This document shows, one piece after another, positions 1-12,036 of a stretch of 64,000 nucleotides of DNA. Made by a program: the position numbers and the translations under genes. Under the pieces are notes generated by a model. It was not told where the DNA came from. It made no database searches and worked only from the letters and a program-made list of their open reading frames with translations. The stretch is from Oikopleura dioica. Taxonomy: Eukaryota > Animalia > Chordata. Positions within the stretch are counted from its first letter, which is position 1, and each line of letters opens with the position of its first letter. The stretch is taken from positions 2,480,001-2,544,000 of the forward strand of contig OU015568.1 of assembly GCA_907165135.1 (NCBI GenBank), in the 5' to 3' direction.

Positions 1-44
1 CTCTTGATTTTCAGCAGCTACTACTAGGTATTTTATTGTACAAA

Positions 45-1300
45 CTATCTCAATTCCAGTAAAGATTTGTCGTTCAGAGGTGAGAAGGTCGTGGTTTTAT
101 CTTTGCTTGCCATGTAAAATTGGCAAAAAATGCGGAAGATGGCAAAATAGTCGCGACTTCTATCAAAAACCGTTTTTACCATGAAATCTATCAAAACCGC
201 AAAACCTACCTTCCAAGAAATGCGCACGGCAGAACTGAATCAAAGAGGTTGAAAATTGGAAAACATTTTCATCCTTGAGGATGTTCTAGAAACCGTCGAA
301 AATTCTCACTTTTTAAAAATGGTTTTTGTTGAGCTTACCTTCTTCTCTCTCTTCCATCGCCTTTTCGAGGATTATTTTGTCCAACTTCGTCGTCATCGCT
401 TGAGAACGACTAGTGAATTTCTTCTTGGCAATTGGGAGATTTTTCGCTTTTACAAGGTTGACAATCATTTTTCAATAAGGAAATTTCAAGTTAAAAAAGA
501 GAGCAACCCATTCCTTCATCGTGGCGCTTCATAACGGCTTCAAAGGTGATCTTTTCGCGCGGATTGATCGGCAACTTTTTGCCTGCCTGATTTTTCGGTT
601 CCAGATTTTTAAGAAAAAAAGTGTTTAAAATTCGGTAAATAACAAATTATTGCATTGAAAACGAGAAAAAAATAACTAATCTTAGAAACCTAACGAAGGC
701 GACGGGAGACAGTCCTTGTCGGGCTCCATTTTTTGTGTTTGGACTGACTTGATTTGGTGCTAAAATGGTGCAGTTTTGATTTTGATAACTCATATGAAAG
801 AAAATTTTTCCGAATTAATTCAAGAATTTATTGAATAAAAATGCCCCTTTGAGCAAAAAAGCGTAAATACTCACGTGCTTCCGCCTCGAATTCAGTCCAA
901 ATTCAAACTGACCCCAATCCGTAAAAACATTAACCATCCCTTGATTGTTCTAGAAACGCCCTCAAAATTTCAACCCTTGATTTTAACTTTGTCGTTTCTA
1001 CGTATCCGAAACCGCTCCTTCCTGGCCTCCATGAAAGCCGCCTGTTCTATTATTTTCTCCATGTTTCTTTAATTTTTTAATCTCTTCTCATTTTGTTAAA
1101 GTATCAATCCTCTTTCTTGAGATTTTACGAGAGGATTCCGAAATCTGCGAAAGTGCGAACAACCAGTTGCCAGGGCGACTACTTACTCATTGTACTGATT
1201 TTTTTTCTTCTTTTCTCAAACACTATCAACGCCCTTTTAATCTTTTTGTAAACAAACTTAGATTTATTGCACCATAAATATGGCAAAAATGAGCTTATGT
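45..1300 (-). CDS. Hypothetical spliced gene(s), unresolved
   Basis: Coding-like minus-strand fragments (KAKNLPIAKKKFTSRSQAMTTKLDKIILEKAMEEREE; MEKIIEQAAFMEARKERFR) bounded by gtaag/ag sites; no family recognised. Confidence 0.3.
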
Positions 1301-1404
1301 TTTCTGAAACTCGTCATTTTTGAAGATGTCGATTTGAGAGATCTGAGGTCTTTTGATTTAAAAAAGAATGCAAATGATTTATTTACAGAAAATATCGATA
1401 AAAC

Positions 1405-4280
1405 TCAGTAATCATCAAAACTAGCGCTTCTAGCCTTCAAAACGTCAAGTGCTGGCTTCGGCGACTCGCGTCCAAATCTTTCCGTCCTGTAGCATCGAGA
1501 AATGAAAGGGTATTCATCAAGAACTGATTGATCTTCTTCCCAGCAGCATCCCATTGAAAGACATTCTTCCCTAAAAATATGATTGAAGAACTAAATGATA
1601 TGATTTAAATACCTGTTTGGCTCCTCGAGAGGGCTTCTTCGCTGAGCAGTTGCATACAGTAAGCTGTCAACGCGAAGATTGCAGCTAAGGCGGGACTCGT
1701 AAAAATCCTTTATTCGGTAAGGATTGTCATTGCTTTTGATAGGTTGAAAATTATAAGAACCATAAGCGCAAAAAAAATATTTTGTAAACATATTTAAAAG
1801 ACCTTTTTTTGATGAAGAAGTATTACTACATATAACATCGATGTTCTCCGATAACCAGACGTTAGAGCATAATTTCAACCCGTATTCAATCTCCCGCAAA
1901 CGCCCGAATCGGCCCAAGCATATCTTGATAGTCCGTTTCAACAGTTGATCCGTCCATATCTCCGATTCTCGTCGCTTCCTCAGCTCTCGAAAGTGGCAGA
2001 TAGCATTTTACATCAATATCTGCCTCTTCATAGCAGCAGCCTCTGATAGCCACGCAATGAAACTAAATCATATTTTTATGAACGGGTTTTCGGAGAAAAC
2101 TAATACTTTGGTGATGCCAGGAAAGCCGCAAGAAATTCGATCGTTTGCCAAAACGGATGTCTTTTGCGTGAGCTGGAAATACTCCCAAATGTCGGGCTCA
2201 AGATTGAAACCGAAGCGGAACAATTTTGGGCAGTCAACTGGCTTTGGGAAATTGCCAAAGGGTTGGACTTCGAGACTGTATTGGTTGTAGTAAATGAAGA
2301 AGGTATTGTAGTAGCACAGAGGAATGTCATCAACTCCCTCTGAAATTCATGTTGAGTTTGATTCACAGAGTATTTACTTACTATTGGGATCTCCAAGAAG
2401 CTCTTGAACTTCTTCATCTTCCACAAGTCTAGTCTCATCAATCGGATTGAAGCAGCAATAAGGGATTGAAGCACACTGTTCTGGAGTAATATCGCTTCCG
2501 AATTGCATTCCGCAAGGGTATCTATTCACTGGATCCACCAATAAACACGTATCTTGAAAAAGATTTATAAAAAGTACTTTTCATCGAGTTTTACCGTATC
2601 CAATTGTTTCCAAGTGCGCGTAGTAAAGCTTCTGGCCCGGATAGATCCCCTTCGGGAGAATGCTTATATCGGGCTCGAAGGAATCCTCGGTAATGAAACC
2701 ATTTCGAGACTGGAACATCAAGTCCATTAGATCTTCCTTTCTCCCACCTTCGAAAACGTACTCAATCATCTTGGCTGTCAGTTGATCAACTTTGCTGTTG
2801 TCTACGATCGACTCAATGTAGAGTTGTTGTAAATCGACATTGCTAAAATAAACTTGAAAATAGTGTAATCAAGGGTGAGTCGAACCTGGCATCGGTAGTA
2901 CCCATAATGAGGGAGATCATACTAGGAGTCAATCGACGACCACGGTTCAGCCAGCTGAACAATTGAATTCGATCAGGGGCAGTGAGATCTTCCGGTTGAG
3001 AAAGAAGGAGAGGAATCAGTCCATCAGGAAGACCTAGAAAAGCATTTGAGAGACCATAAAGAACCTTTTTTAACGATTTTTATTGTTTTTTACTGATTAA
3101 ATAATATGATAATTCAAAAAAACATGAAGCATCATATACTAAGCTTAAGCGATTTCATAAACTTACCCATTCCAGCGAGAACAAATTCATTGAGTTTATC
3201 TGCCCGGAAATCCCCATTATCCAGCGAGTAAATTTCTCCGAGCTCATCTCCAAGGACTTGTTTCATCGCCATTTCCGAGAAAAATCCACCAGCAGCTTCG
3301 CCCTTCGGGTCTATAATAGCGTCAGCAATGAGTCCCATGTCAGGTAGAGTGTCAGAGCTCGTTCCAGAAATGATCAGATAAGGAAAGAGCTTTGCAAGCG
3401 TGTTATCTCTATCAATCATGCGTTAATTTTAGTAAAGATTAGTTTTTCGTGCCTTTTTTGGCCATTCGCTCCGACCATATTTTCCACTCCTCCTGTTCCA
3501 CAAATGCATTCATCGCCATCGGGTAGTGTCCCTATGCAGCCAGGAACCGGGTCCCACATCATGAACATAAAAGGCGAGAGATCAACTGGCTCGCCTCGGT
3601 TCTCCATGGCGCGGATGAGAGACTGCATCATGAGAAGGTCACGAGGCTTGTGATTGCAGCGACATTCCAGGCCACTTTTTAAGAGGTTTTTCAACATGCT
3701 TATAAGCTTATTTTTTTGTAGTAAATATTTCGTCTGTTAGTTGTGTTAGTGAAACCTTGCCAAAGTCGCAACTGTTACTCATCATTTGCAACATTTGCAT
3801 CAGATTAATCGTGCTTTCACTTTTGTTAATTTCTGGGTTAGCCTGTTGCGCCATTAGCAGCATTGTCATAAGCGGATCTTTAGCTGTGTTACCGGAGAGA
3901 AAGAGTGGCAGCATTGGAGACATGTTCTTTGTCTGGCTAGGGTTTGAGAGCATCATCAGCGTCATTGGGTCCATTTTGTTCTTGTTGTCGGACAGGAGGG
4001 ACATCATGAAGGGATTGATGTTGGAGTTGTCGCCGAGCATCATCGACACTAGAATTTAATCATGAAGAAGATTTGAGTCAAAAAGTAACCCTTTGATTGC
4101 CGATCTTTTTTGGCATGAATAAGATATTGACACCCTTATTTTCTTAACAAGACAAATTTTAAAAACCTTATTTTTGTTCAATCAGTTAAGTAATAACTTA
4201 CACATAAACGGATCCGACCCAATTTGAGCATTTGCTGTTCCACTAATGGCAGATAAGATAAAACTTCCAGACAATTTCAT
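1405..4280 (-). CDS. Secreted Met-rich repeat protein with three C-terminal trefoil (P-type) domains
   Basis: Signal peptide MKLSGSFILSAISGTANA at 4280; Met/Leu-rich block (DPMTLMMLS, SPMLPLFLS); spliced exons give RYPCG..ITPEQCASIPYCCF, RISCGFPGITKFHCVAIRGCCY and RLSC...EECLSMGCCW..RCY. Confidence 0.75.
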
Positions 4281-4621
4281 TTCTCTCTATTTCCGCGATC
4301 TCTTTCAACAAACGAACGGATGCCAAAGAATCGTTTAGTTTAAAAGTGCGCTTATATCTTCGCTTATTAGATAACAATTTGACAATTTCAGTCAATTACA
4401 AGAAGCGAGCTTCTAACAGCCACGTTTCCGCAATTTTCCGAGAGAGCTGCGCCTAATTTACTACCCATTTTCGGAGAATCAAAAATTCATGACTTCGCGA
4501 TCCAGGGTTATTCAGCCGAAAATTCTAGAGCGTGGCGCTTATGAAATATAAATGACATACGAGAAGTGTTAAAATCATCCCTTTGTTTTATTTCCAATAT
4601 TTGATTGCACAGTTTAACTAA

Positions 4622-5517
4622 CTAGTTGGTTGAACCTTGGGAAGATAAAAAATTTTCTAGGGAAGAGTCAACGGGCGAGGACCAATCTTCATAGTTTACA
4701 TAATCTACTATTAGTAGTGGCTCTTCAGCTGGCTGTTTGTTTCGTTGAATATGTTCGCACATTTCTTTATAAAGTTTATCTGGTCGAGCAAGCATCTTTT
4801 CATCATCCTTGTCTCGGTTTTCATTGAACAAAATGCCAGTTTTTGTTGCGAAATCATCAATTTCATAGAAATGCGCATTGTTAAGCCTTGAAATGTAATG
4901 GGTAAAATCATGAATAACATGTACCTGATGGGAATAAGTTCAACGCCCAAGAAAGGATCTATATTTTGATTCAATTGTTGAGCATGACGACTCCCAAAAT
5001 ATCCGAGCTCGTCATACCTATCTTGAAATCTCTTCTTGTCATCTTGAAATTTTCTCCTTGCACCTTCATCAAGAATCGAGACAAAAAAGTGATGAAAACT
5101 CTCATCTCTTTGAGAGGGATGTGATTGAAATGGAATGCTGTCAAGCTCATGAACCCATTTCTTTTCGAAAACAAAGTTAGGAAAGCCATTTTCAAATATT
5201 TTTTTCTCCTCCGAGGCACTGGTTGATGCAGATGACAGAAGATGTGTCCGACGTTGATTGGAATCATAAAACACACTTAGATCTATGAAAACGAATTCAA
5301 TTTGCTGCATCATATCATAGTTGTTTCGGATAAGTTCGAAGTCTTCAAGAAATCGAAAAATTCTCTCCCATTGTGGCTGTGATTTGCCAGGTTCCCAAGG
5401 CTCTTCCAACGAAAGAACGATCCGGATCTTCATTTTCTCTTGAAAGCATGCTCGAAAGTCGTACAAATCTTCGGCCAAAATAAGTGAAAATAGATAAATC
5501 AAAAACTTCATTTTCAA
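4622..5517 (-). CDS. Orphan secreted protein, paralog A
   Basis: Signal peptide then LYDFRACFQEK ... IRNNYD ... RPDKLYKEMCEHIQR; one intron near 4835-4890. Confidence 0.65.
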
Positions 5518-5599
5518 CTCCTCGAACGAATTTTACGCTAAATTTCTCCGAGCTCAAATAAAGAGTTCTGTTTTCTCAATTCTTTTAACATCCGTGCAT

Positions 5600-6280
5600 T
5601 GAATCGCCCATTGTCGTTTGGGATACGCTTCTCTAACAAAATCATTTAATAGATTATTAAGCGATTGTGGATGTTTGTAAGATAATCTTATTTTTTATTC
5701 ACAGAAATTTAAAGGGATACTGTCTGTTATCGTTCGAGTTTTAGGTTTATTCAGTAGTCGGTTTCATGGACTTGATCTGAAAAGAGAATCTTCTCTATTC
5801 GTAGAATAAAAAAAGACTTACTGTTCAATTTCATATTTACAAAAAAGTGAACAAGGTTTTCGCATCTTCTCGCGCTTTCCATAAAAGGATGGAGGTGTCC
5901 TTCGTGATTTTTTGTCAACTTATGAAGTGTCGCTTTCATACACTTGGTCAAGGCTAAAGATCTGCTTGCAACTTGTTTTTATCAAAAAAGTTTCTTCAAC
6001 CGGACCTGAAAGTGTATCGACGAAACATCATAAATGCTATAAAGGCTGCTGAATGCAATTGACGGAAAAATTCTATGATCATCTATTTCCCCTTCCTTAT
6101 TAAGACTTGCCAGTGAAATATGCATTTTTCATGATGTTGCGATTCGCCTAATGCTTTAATACTGACACGAGTTTTGCTTGTAGCTAACAACTTTTAAGAT
6201 TTCCAAAAATAAACAATTAAGAAGGCTTGTTCCATCGACTGTTTCACGTTCAGACAAACTTGGCTTGTACCAAGGCAAAG
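5600..6280 (-). CDS. Hypothetical spliced gene
   Basis: Short coding-like exons including ORF 5751-5951; not resolved. Confidence 0.25.
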
Positions 6281-6324
6281 ATCAAGGCATCTGATTGTGA
6301 ATATGTAATTATGAGTTTTCCTGA

Positions 6325-7454
6325 CAATTTATTCAGACTTAGTTTTTCCGATTAGGGATGAAATAAGCTCAAGTTTGTCCCGCAAAAGTTGGTCTTTTCG
6401 CTGAATACTCTCGCACATTTCTTCGTACAGTTTATCAGGTCGAAGAAGCACTTCTATGTCGTCTTTCATTCGGTTTTTGTTGAACTCATTTTCAGGTGAA
6501 AGCATCTCAATCTCCTCTTCATCAGCATCGAAAAGCCTGAAGAATAGGTCTCTTGCAAGAAATTAAAAGAAAACTTACCCAATAGGAATAACTTCGATAT
6601 TTTCGCTTCTTATCCGTTCGGCAAATTTAACGAGAAAATCATCATTTTCTATCGCAGTCATGAAGAAATTACCGCTTGGTCGGATCATAACGATCACATA
6701 GAACTTATAGAAAGAACTTTCTTTCAGTTGTGATTGTTCAAACGGTAGACGGCGGGTTCCATTCTTTGTGAAGAATGATTCTTTTTTCAAAGAATGGTTC
6801 TTTTTCGCAAAGAATCATTCTTTTTTAAGAATACCTGAAACAACGCATAAAAGACAGTCAAAAGTTCAGAAACAAAATTCTGTTAATGCAAATAACTCAG
6901 GAGCGAGTGTGCGCTTCGCGCCAGTTATCAGGGAAACTCCAGAGAGTTTGATATCCAAGAATTTTTATATATCCGAAAAACCTATTTTTACCTAATTTTC
7001 TCTAGAATATTGAGAAAAAGAATGATTCTTTAAAAAGAATGGAATCCGCCGTCACCCGTTCAAACCATCTCATTTCTTCCCAAATTTGCTCACTACAATC
7101 AAATTCTGTCAGATCTTCGTTGGCGACTTCAGATTCTTTGAGATTTATTTTTCCGTTGCTGAAAAGTTTTTCTTCGCCATAAGAAGAATCCCATTTAGAG
7201 CTTTTCTTCGTTATTGCGACGCCTTTTTTGTTCATATTCTCGAAAATTGTGAATCTGATTGGCTGAGAATCATCATAATTATTTCTGATTCGTTCGAGCT
7301 CTTCAAAAAACTCATATAAGCGCGTTGCATTTGCTTCATTTTCCGGAATTTCCGCAAAGATGTTGATCGCTATCTTCTCTTGAAAACACTCTCGAAAATC
7401 ATAAAGTTGCTCTTGTGCAAAAACAAATGCCCAGATAAAAATGAAAAAATGCAT
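6325..7454 (-). CDS. Orphan secreted protein, paralog B
   Basis: Signal peptide then LYDFRECFQEK ... IRNNYD ... RPDKLYEEMCESIQR, shared with 4622-5517. Confidence 0.6.
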
Positions 7455-7544
7455 TTTGAACTCGAAATACGGCTTGAAAAGACGATTTGGGAATAAAACT
7501 ATTCAGCAAACAGTTTATTCAAATAAAAAATCCGAAATGATGAT

Positions 7545-8208
7545 TCAGATGTTTGATCTGTTGACGTACAGGTCAAAGAACATTTCAATCAGCTGGTAGT
7601 GAAGCTCGATGAACTCGACGATGTTGTCCAAGATGTCGATGAAGTTCTTGGCGGACTCAAAGTTATTGCCGCAAATGTCAAAGCCAGTAAAATCTTCAAA
7701 CCAGTAAAACTAAAACAGAAAATATTTCTTTGTCGAGATTTTTCAGCAATACGTCATTATAAAAGTTGCAAAGATCATCGATGATATCGTCGATTTCGAA
7801 GACAAACTCGTCGATGAAATCAACAAAGAATCTCATAAGCGAAGATGTTTGATCGATAAATTCCATAGCAATCAGCTCATCCCAGTTCTGAATCTTTGCC
7901 AGATCGGTTGTAACGTAAGTCCAGTAGTTTTCAGAGCGATTTTGAACTTCTGACACAAACTCAATTGTGTCGTAAGTAAGTTGAATGCTCCTTAATTTGA
8001 TAATCAATAACTCCCTTATTTTTAGCGAAAACCGTGTAAGAGCAACAGCAGCAGCATTTATCTGTTGAATAGTCGTTGCTCTCCTCAATCTCTGAATCTC
8101 ATACGGACCCTCATGCTCTTCTATAAGTGCTTGTATCAAGTCCTTTTGGAAATTTCTCTCCTGCCCAGAAGCAAAGCTGAAAAACGTAAAAAACCAAAGC
8201 TTCTTCAT
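7545..8208 (-). CDS. Secreted helical orphan protein
   Basis: Signal peptide MKKLWFFTFFSFASG; amphipathic helices; last exon DICGNNFESAKNFIDILDNIVEFIEL. Confidence 0.6.
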
Positions 8209-8496
8209 TTTTTCTCGATATTCAGATTATCGAGACAAGGTAGCTCAACTTCATTCAGTTCGATTTTGGAGACCATTGTTTCAGATCAAATAGAGACTTT
8301 TATCCGAGCTTCCGATTTGCTTGAGTTCCAGATTTGAATGAAGAGATTCATTCTTTTACGCAAAATTCGTGACCTTTTGATTTTTTCATTTGTTTTTATT
8401 CATAAGTTTAAAAATAAACGAGAAGATTTTGACATAAATACTGATGCAGAATTCAGTGGTGAAAAAGTTTCATTTTAGGTTTCATCAAGTTATTCT

Positions 8497-9397
8497 TCAT
8501 CCAAAAATAGTAGGAGTTGGTTCGCATCGCTGTTGTCCGTTGAACATCATCATGAAGAAGAGAAGATTCTGGTTGTCCGAGTCATCATCCATCAAAAGCA
8601 TTGGGAGGATCATATCGGCGTTCATTCCAGTTCCAGGAGCTTGAGATTGCATCGCCATCATCAGAACAAGGAGATCAGTATCGAGATCAGAATCGTCGTC
8701 GGCCAAAAGAAGGGGAAGCATGAGATTGAAGTTGTTGTCGAATCCTTCAAAGAAGAGTCGTTTTTTACTCTTTTTCTTAGACGAATTTACCTTGTTGGGA
8801 GTCAAGACCGCCAGACATGGAGCTCATCAGGACCATCAACATAAGGTTATCCGCTTCCATGTCGTCAGAGAGCAAAAAGGGAAGAATCATGTTCATGTCG
8901 ACAGTTCCCTGGCCACCCATAGTCTGCATCATCATCATGAGCATGAGAGGATCTTAAATATTGTTGAAAATTACTCAAGCAACAAAGACGGGTTTACCTG
9001 TAGAATTATCATTTCTAGAGTCGGAAGACATCATCAACAGCGGCAAAAGATTATGAAGCTGACCAGCCGTAGAAACGCTGCAATCTTTCTGAGTCATTGT
9101 CGAAAGCAAAAATAAATTTTTGAAATCAATGTCTCCCGAAAAGTCATCATCGCCCAAGAGAAGCATAGGTAGAATAGCATTGAAGTCGTTCACATGGCCA
9201 TTTTCTTGCATGAGCATCATCATGAGCAGATCGGAATTCTCCGAGCTTCCGAGATCGTCAGAGAGCATCAGAAGAGGGAGTAATTGGGAGAGTTGCTGGT
9301 CTTGGGAAGAGCCAAGATTCTGGTTTTGGAACATCATCATCATGAGCAACTCATCCATTGCGAAGCTGAAGGTGAAAAAGAGGCTGAAAATCTTCAT
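8497..9397 (-). CDS. Secreted Met-rich protein with six ~35-40 aa LP(L/M)LL-DD..DLL-MMM repeats
   Basis: MKIFSLFFTFSFA signal at 9397; three in-frame exons joined by GT-AG introns; repeats visible directly in translation. Confidence 0.75.
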
Positions 9398-9626
9398 TTT
9401 CCTGATTTTTTCTCTGAGGTAGTGGACTGAATCTGCAACTGAGAGTAAATCTGGCCTGACGAAGAATCGCGGCCCTTTTAAAACATAGATTTTGGCGCTA
9501 GAATGCGATCGAACCGGCTGATTTGTCGCCAGGATAACTAGAGCGTGAAGGTCGATTGCTGCTGATAAGACGAATTTGGGGCCGAAAATATTGAGTTTTT
9601 TATTGCGCAGTTGGTTCGAAATAATT

Positions 9627-10957
9627 CTAGCAATTCCATCGAGATCTGTAGCCAGACCAGTCGTTGATGACCTTATTCCAGTTACCATATCCTTGAGAGG
9701 GGTTTTGACAGACGCTGTCGAAGATTGCCGCTCCGCCGTAATAGGTATTGGAGAAAGTTGACGCGGACATGAAGTTGTCACCTTGACAATAGAAAAGGAT
9801 TCAATAGGGATTGTTTTACCTGAGGATTGATTCTGGTCGCTTTGGTTTTTCTGCATGTAAACCCACGAGTAGTTGTTGTTGGAGCCGTATAAAATGGTTA
9901 TAGATATCTTTGCTCGGTAAATTCTCTAGTTTAAAGTTTTAACCAGTCCCTGTGTAACAGAACGCGTGCCAGTAAAATTCAGGAATATCAACATTATTCT
10001 TGCTCGAGTCGTTTCCATTCATTGTTCCAACTTTTCCATAAGTTCCGACGATGATCCAGACGTCCTCGTTGTTGATTTCTTCTTCCATAAATTTTCTGAC
10101 CATGCATTCCAGCTGATTCCAAGCTTGTTGGTTGAAAGTGGAGTATTGTGGGCTGACGTTGGTGAGGGTGAAGGTTGATTTGGCTGCGTCTTCGTTTTGG
10201 TTCATCAGGGCGTTGGGGATTAGATGGCCTCGGTCGATTCCGATTGCAGCGTTGTTTCCGAGGTAGTCGTTGTCCTTTGTAACAAAATGATTATGAGAGA
10301 AGGAGGAGAAAAAACCTGTGGCTGCCAGTGATCGCAGTTGCCATAATTAGAGCTTCCGACGCTGGAGAGGTTGGAGTAGAAGGATGTAGTGGAAGAGGGA
10401 GTGCTTGTTCCGCAAAGACCGTTGCACATGTAGTGCCAGTTTGAACTTGGCCGAGGATAAGTCGATGCATATTTGTTTCGACTTATGAAATATTAGGTTT
10501 GGTGAGCAACAATACTATTTTACCGGATTTTCACAGCAGAGTAAACGGGGACATTGGTGTCGGTGTTGAAAAGAGTCGCGTAGTAGTGAGTCTTTCCGTA
10601 GTTATTTTGACAGAGTCTGTTAAGCTTTTTTTAAATGACTTTATTATTGCTTTCTATCAAACATAATTTAAATGATTCGTGTGAGGATGAAGCGACAAAA
10701 AATTTTTGCATCTTATCGTTCTGTTAAATTTTATTAAATCATAAGTTTACTGAATATTCTGTTCCTTTATGGCTTCCAAAAATATATTTTCGAAAAGGTT
10801 TCCTGACTGTCTTTCCACTCTGGGCTCCGCCAAGCCTACTCTGAAGAGGCCATTCTGCGCCTGGCCGGAAGTAGTTCGACCCACAGTTGACCGGGTTTTG
10901 CCCTGGAACGTAGGCTCCTAGAGCTTGCCCTACAAAAGCACAAATAGACAGCTTCAT
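9627..10957 (-). CDS. Secreted DNA/RNA non-specific endonuclease (ENDOD1/NucA beta-beta-alpha-Me family)
   Basis: Spliced product contains GIDRGHLIP, STFTLTNVSPQYSTFNQQAWNQLE and VDIPEFYWHAFC; N-terminal signal peptide. Confidence 0.85.
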
Positions 10958-11149
10958 CTCTTTCTTATGTTTGAATCTACCGAGTCAAGATTGACCTTCA
11001 GAATTGAATTGAAGCTCATGATAATTTACAAAGCAGATGTTACTTTTCCACGGTCTAGATTGAATGCTTGCGTAAATTCTGGGCGTTTTCTGCAAAGTAA
11101 GAGTTTCAGTTTTAGGTCTTTTTTATTCAAAAAAAGTAATTATTTTTCT

Positions 11150-11679
11150 TCATTGTCGAAGTCGTTTTTGCTCCTTGACGAAAGTACATGAAATGATGAG
11201 AAAGATAACCATCGTACCAAAGACGATACAGACAGCTTTGAGCGGATTAATCATCAGCTCAAAAAGTTGAGGAAAGATTGTCGTGATCGATTTAGGTACT
11301 CCTCGGTAGATTTCGTTTTCTTGAAAGTACGCTGCGCAGACCAAATCTAATAAAGGAGTTGCTCAGAAAAAATTGACAAATGCTTATTCTTACCAAAAGC
11401 AAAGAGACTGATTTTCAGGGGCTTTCGCTTGCAAATGAGTTCGCTGAAACAAAATGATTGATATTTTTTTGTAATTTCTTACCTCGTATTTCGAATTATT
11501 TCCGAAAAATTAGGGGGTATTTCACAGTCAATGTAGAGATAGAACTGGTCGGAGGAAGAAAAATAATAGTCTGTCGATTCATCAGCAGCAGTATTAGTTG
11601 CAACAGTCGTGTTAGGGTCGTTGGTACTTGTATTGTTTAATGAAACAGAAATGTTCGAAAGAGAAACGTCGTTGGTCAT
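11150..11679 (-). CDS. Small single-pass membrane glycoprotein
   Basis: N/T/S-rich N-terminus with NxS/T sites; TM AVCIVFGTMVIFLIISCTFV; basic tail. Confidence 0.5.
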
Positions 11680-11946
11680 TTTTTTTCTCTTTTACTGGCA
11701 TTGATTTGAACCGACTCTTCAGGAACAAGGAGGAATTATTAATTGAAAAGCTTTCAAATTTCCATTAGAAAAGAAGGAGTATCAATATTACTGTATAATT
11801 TATGAATTCGAATAACTAATGACTAGGAGCTTTTCCCCAAAAAGCCTTTTTTGCTCTCTCTTCACTTTTTACTCTGAAAAGACTCGATACCAGGTCATGT
11901 GAATACGCTTTATTGATATATGCATGAATTCTCGCTGTTGTTGACC

Positions 11947-12019
11947 GGCCGCGTGGCCTAATGGATATGGCGTCTGACTTCGAATCAGGAAGTTGTGGGT
12001 TCGAGTCCCATCGTGGTCA
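11947..12019 (+). tRNA. tRNA-Arg(TCG): tRNA-Arg (anticodon TCG)
   Basis: GGCCGCGTGGCCTAATGGAT...TCTGA CT TCG AA TCAGG...GGTTCGAGTCC; 73 nt; followed by a T-run terminator. Confidence 0.95.
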
Positions 12020-12036
12020 AAATCTTTTGATCTATT

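Noticed and set aside
9397-9856. ORF 8975-9856 suggesting an endonuclease-Met-repeat fusion
   Set aside because: The nuclease ends at its own stop (9627) in another frame, and the Met-rich gene has its own signal peptide at 9397
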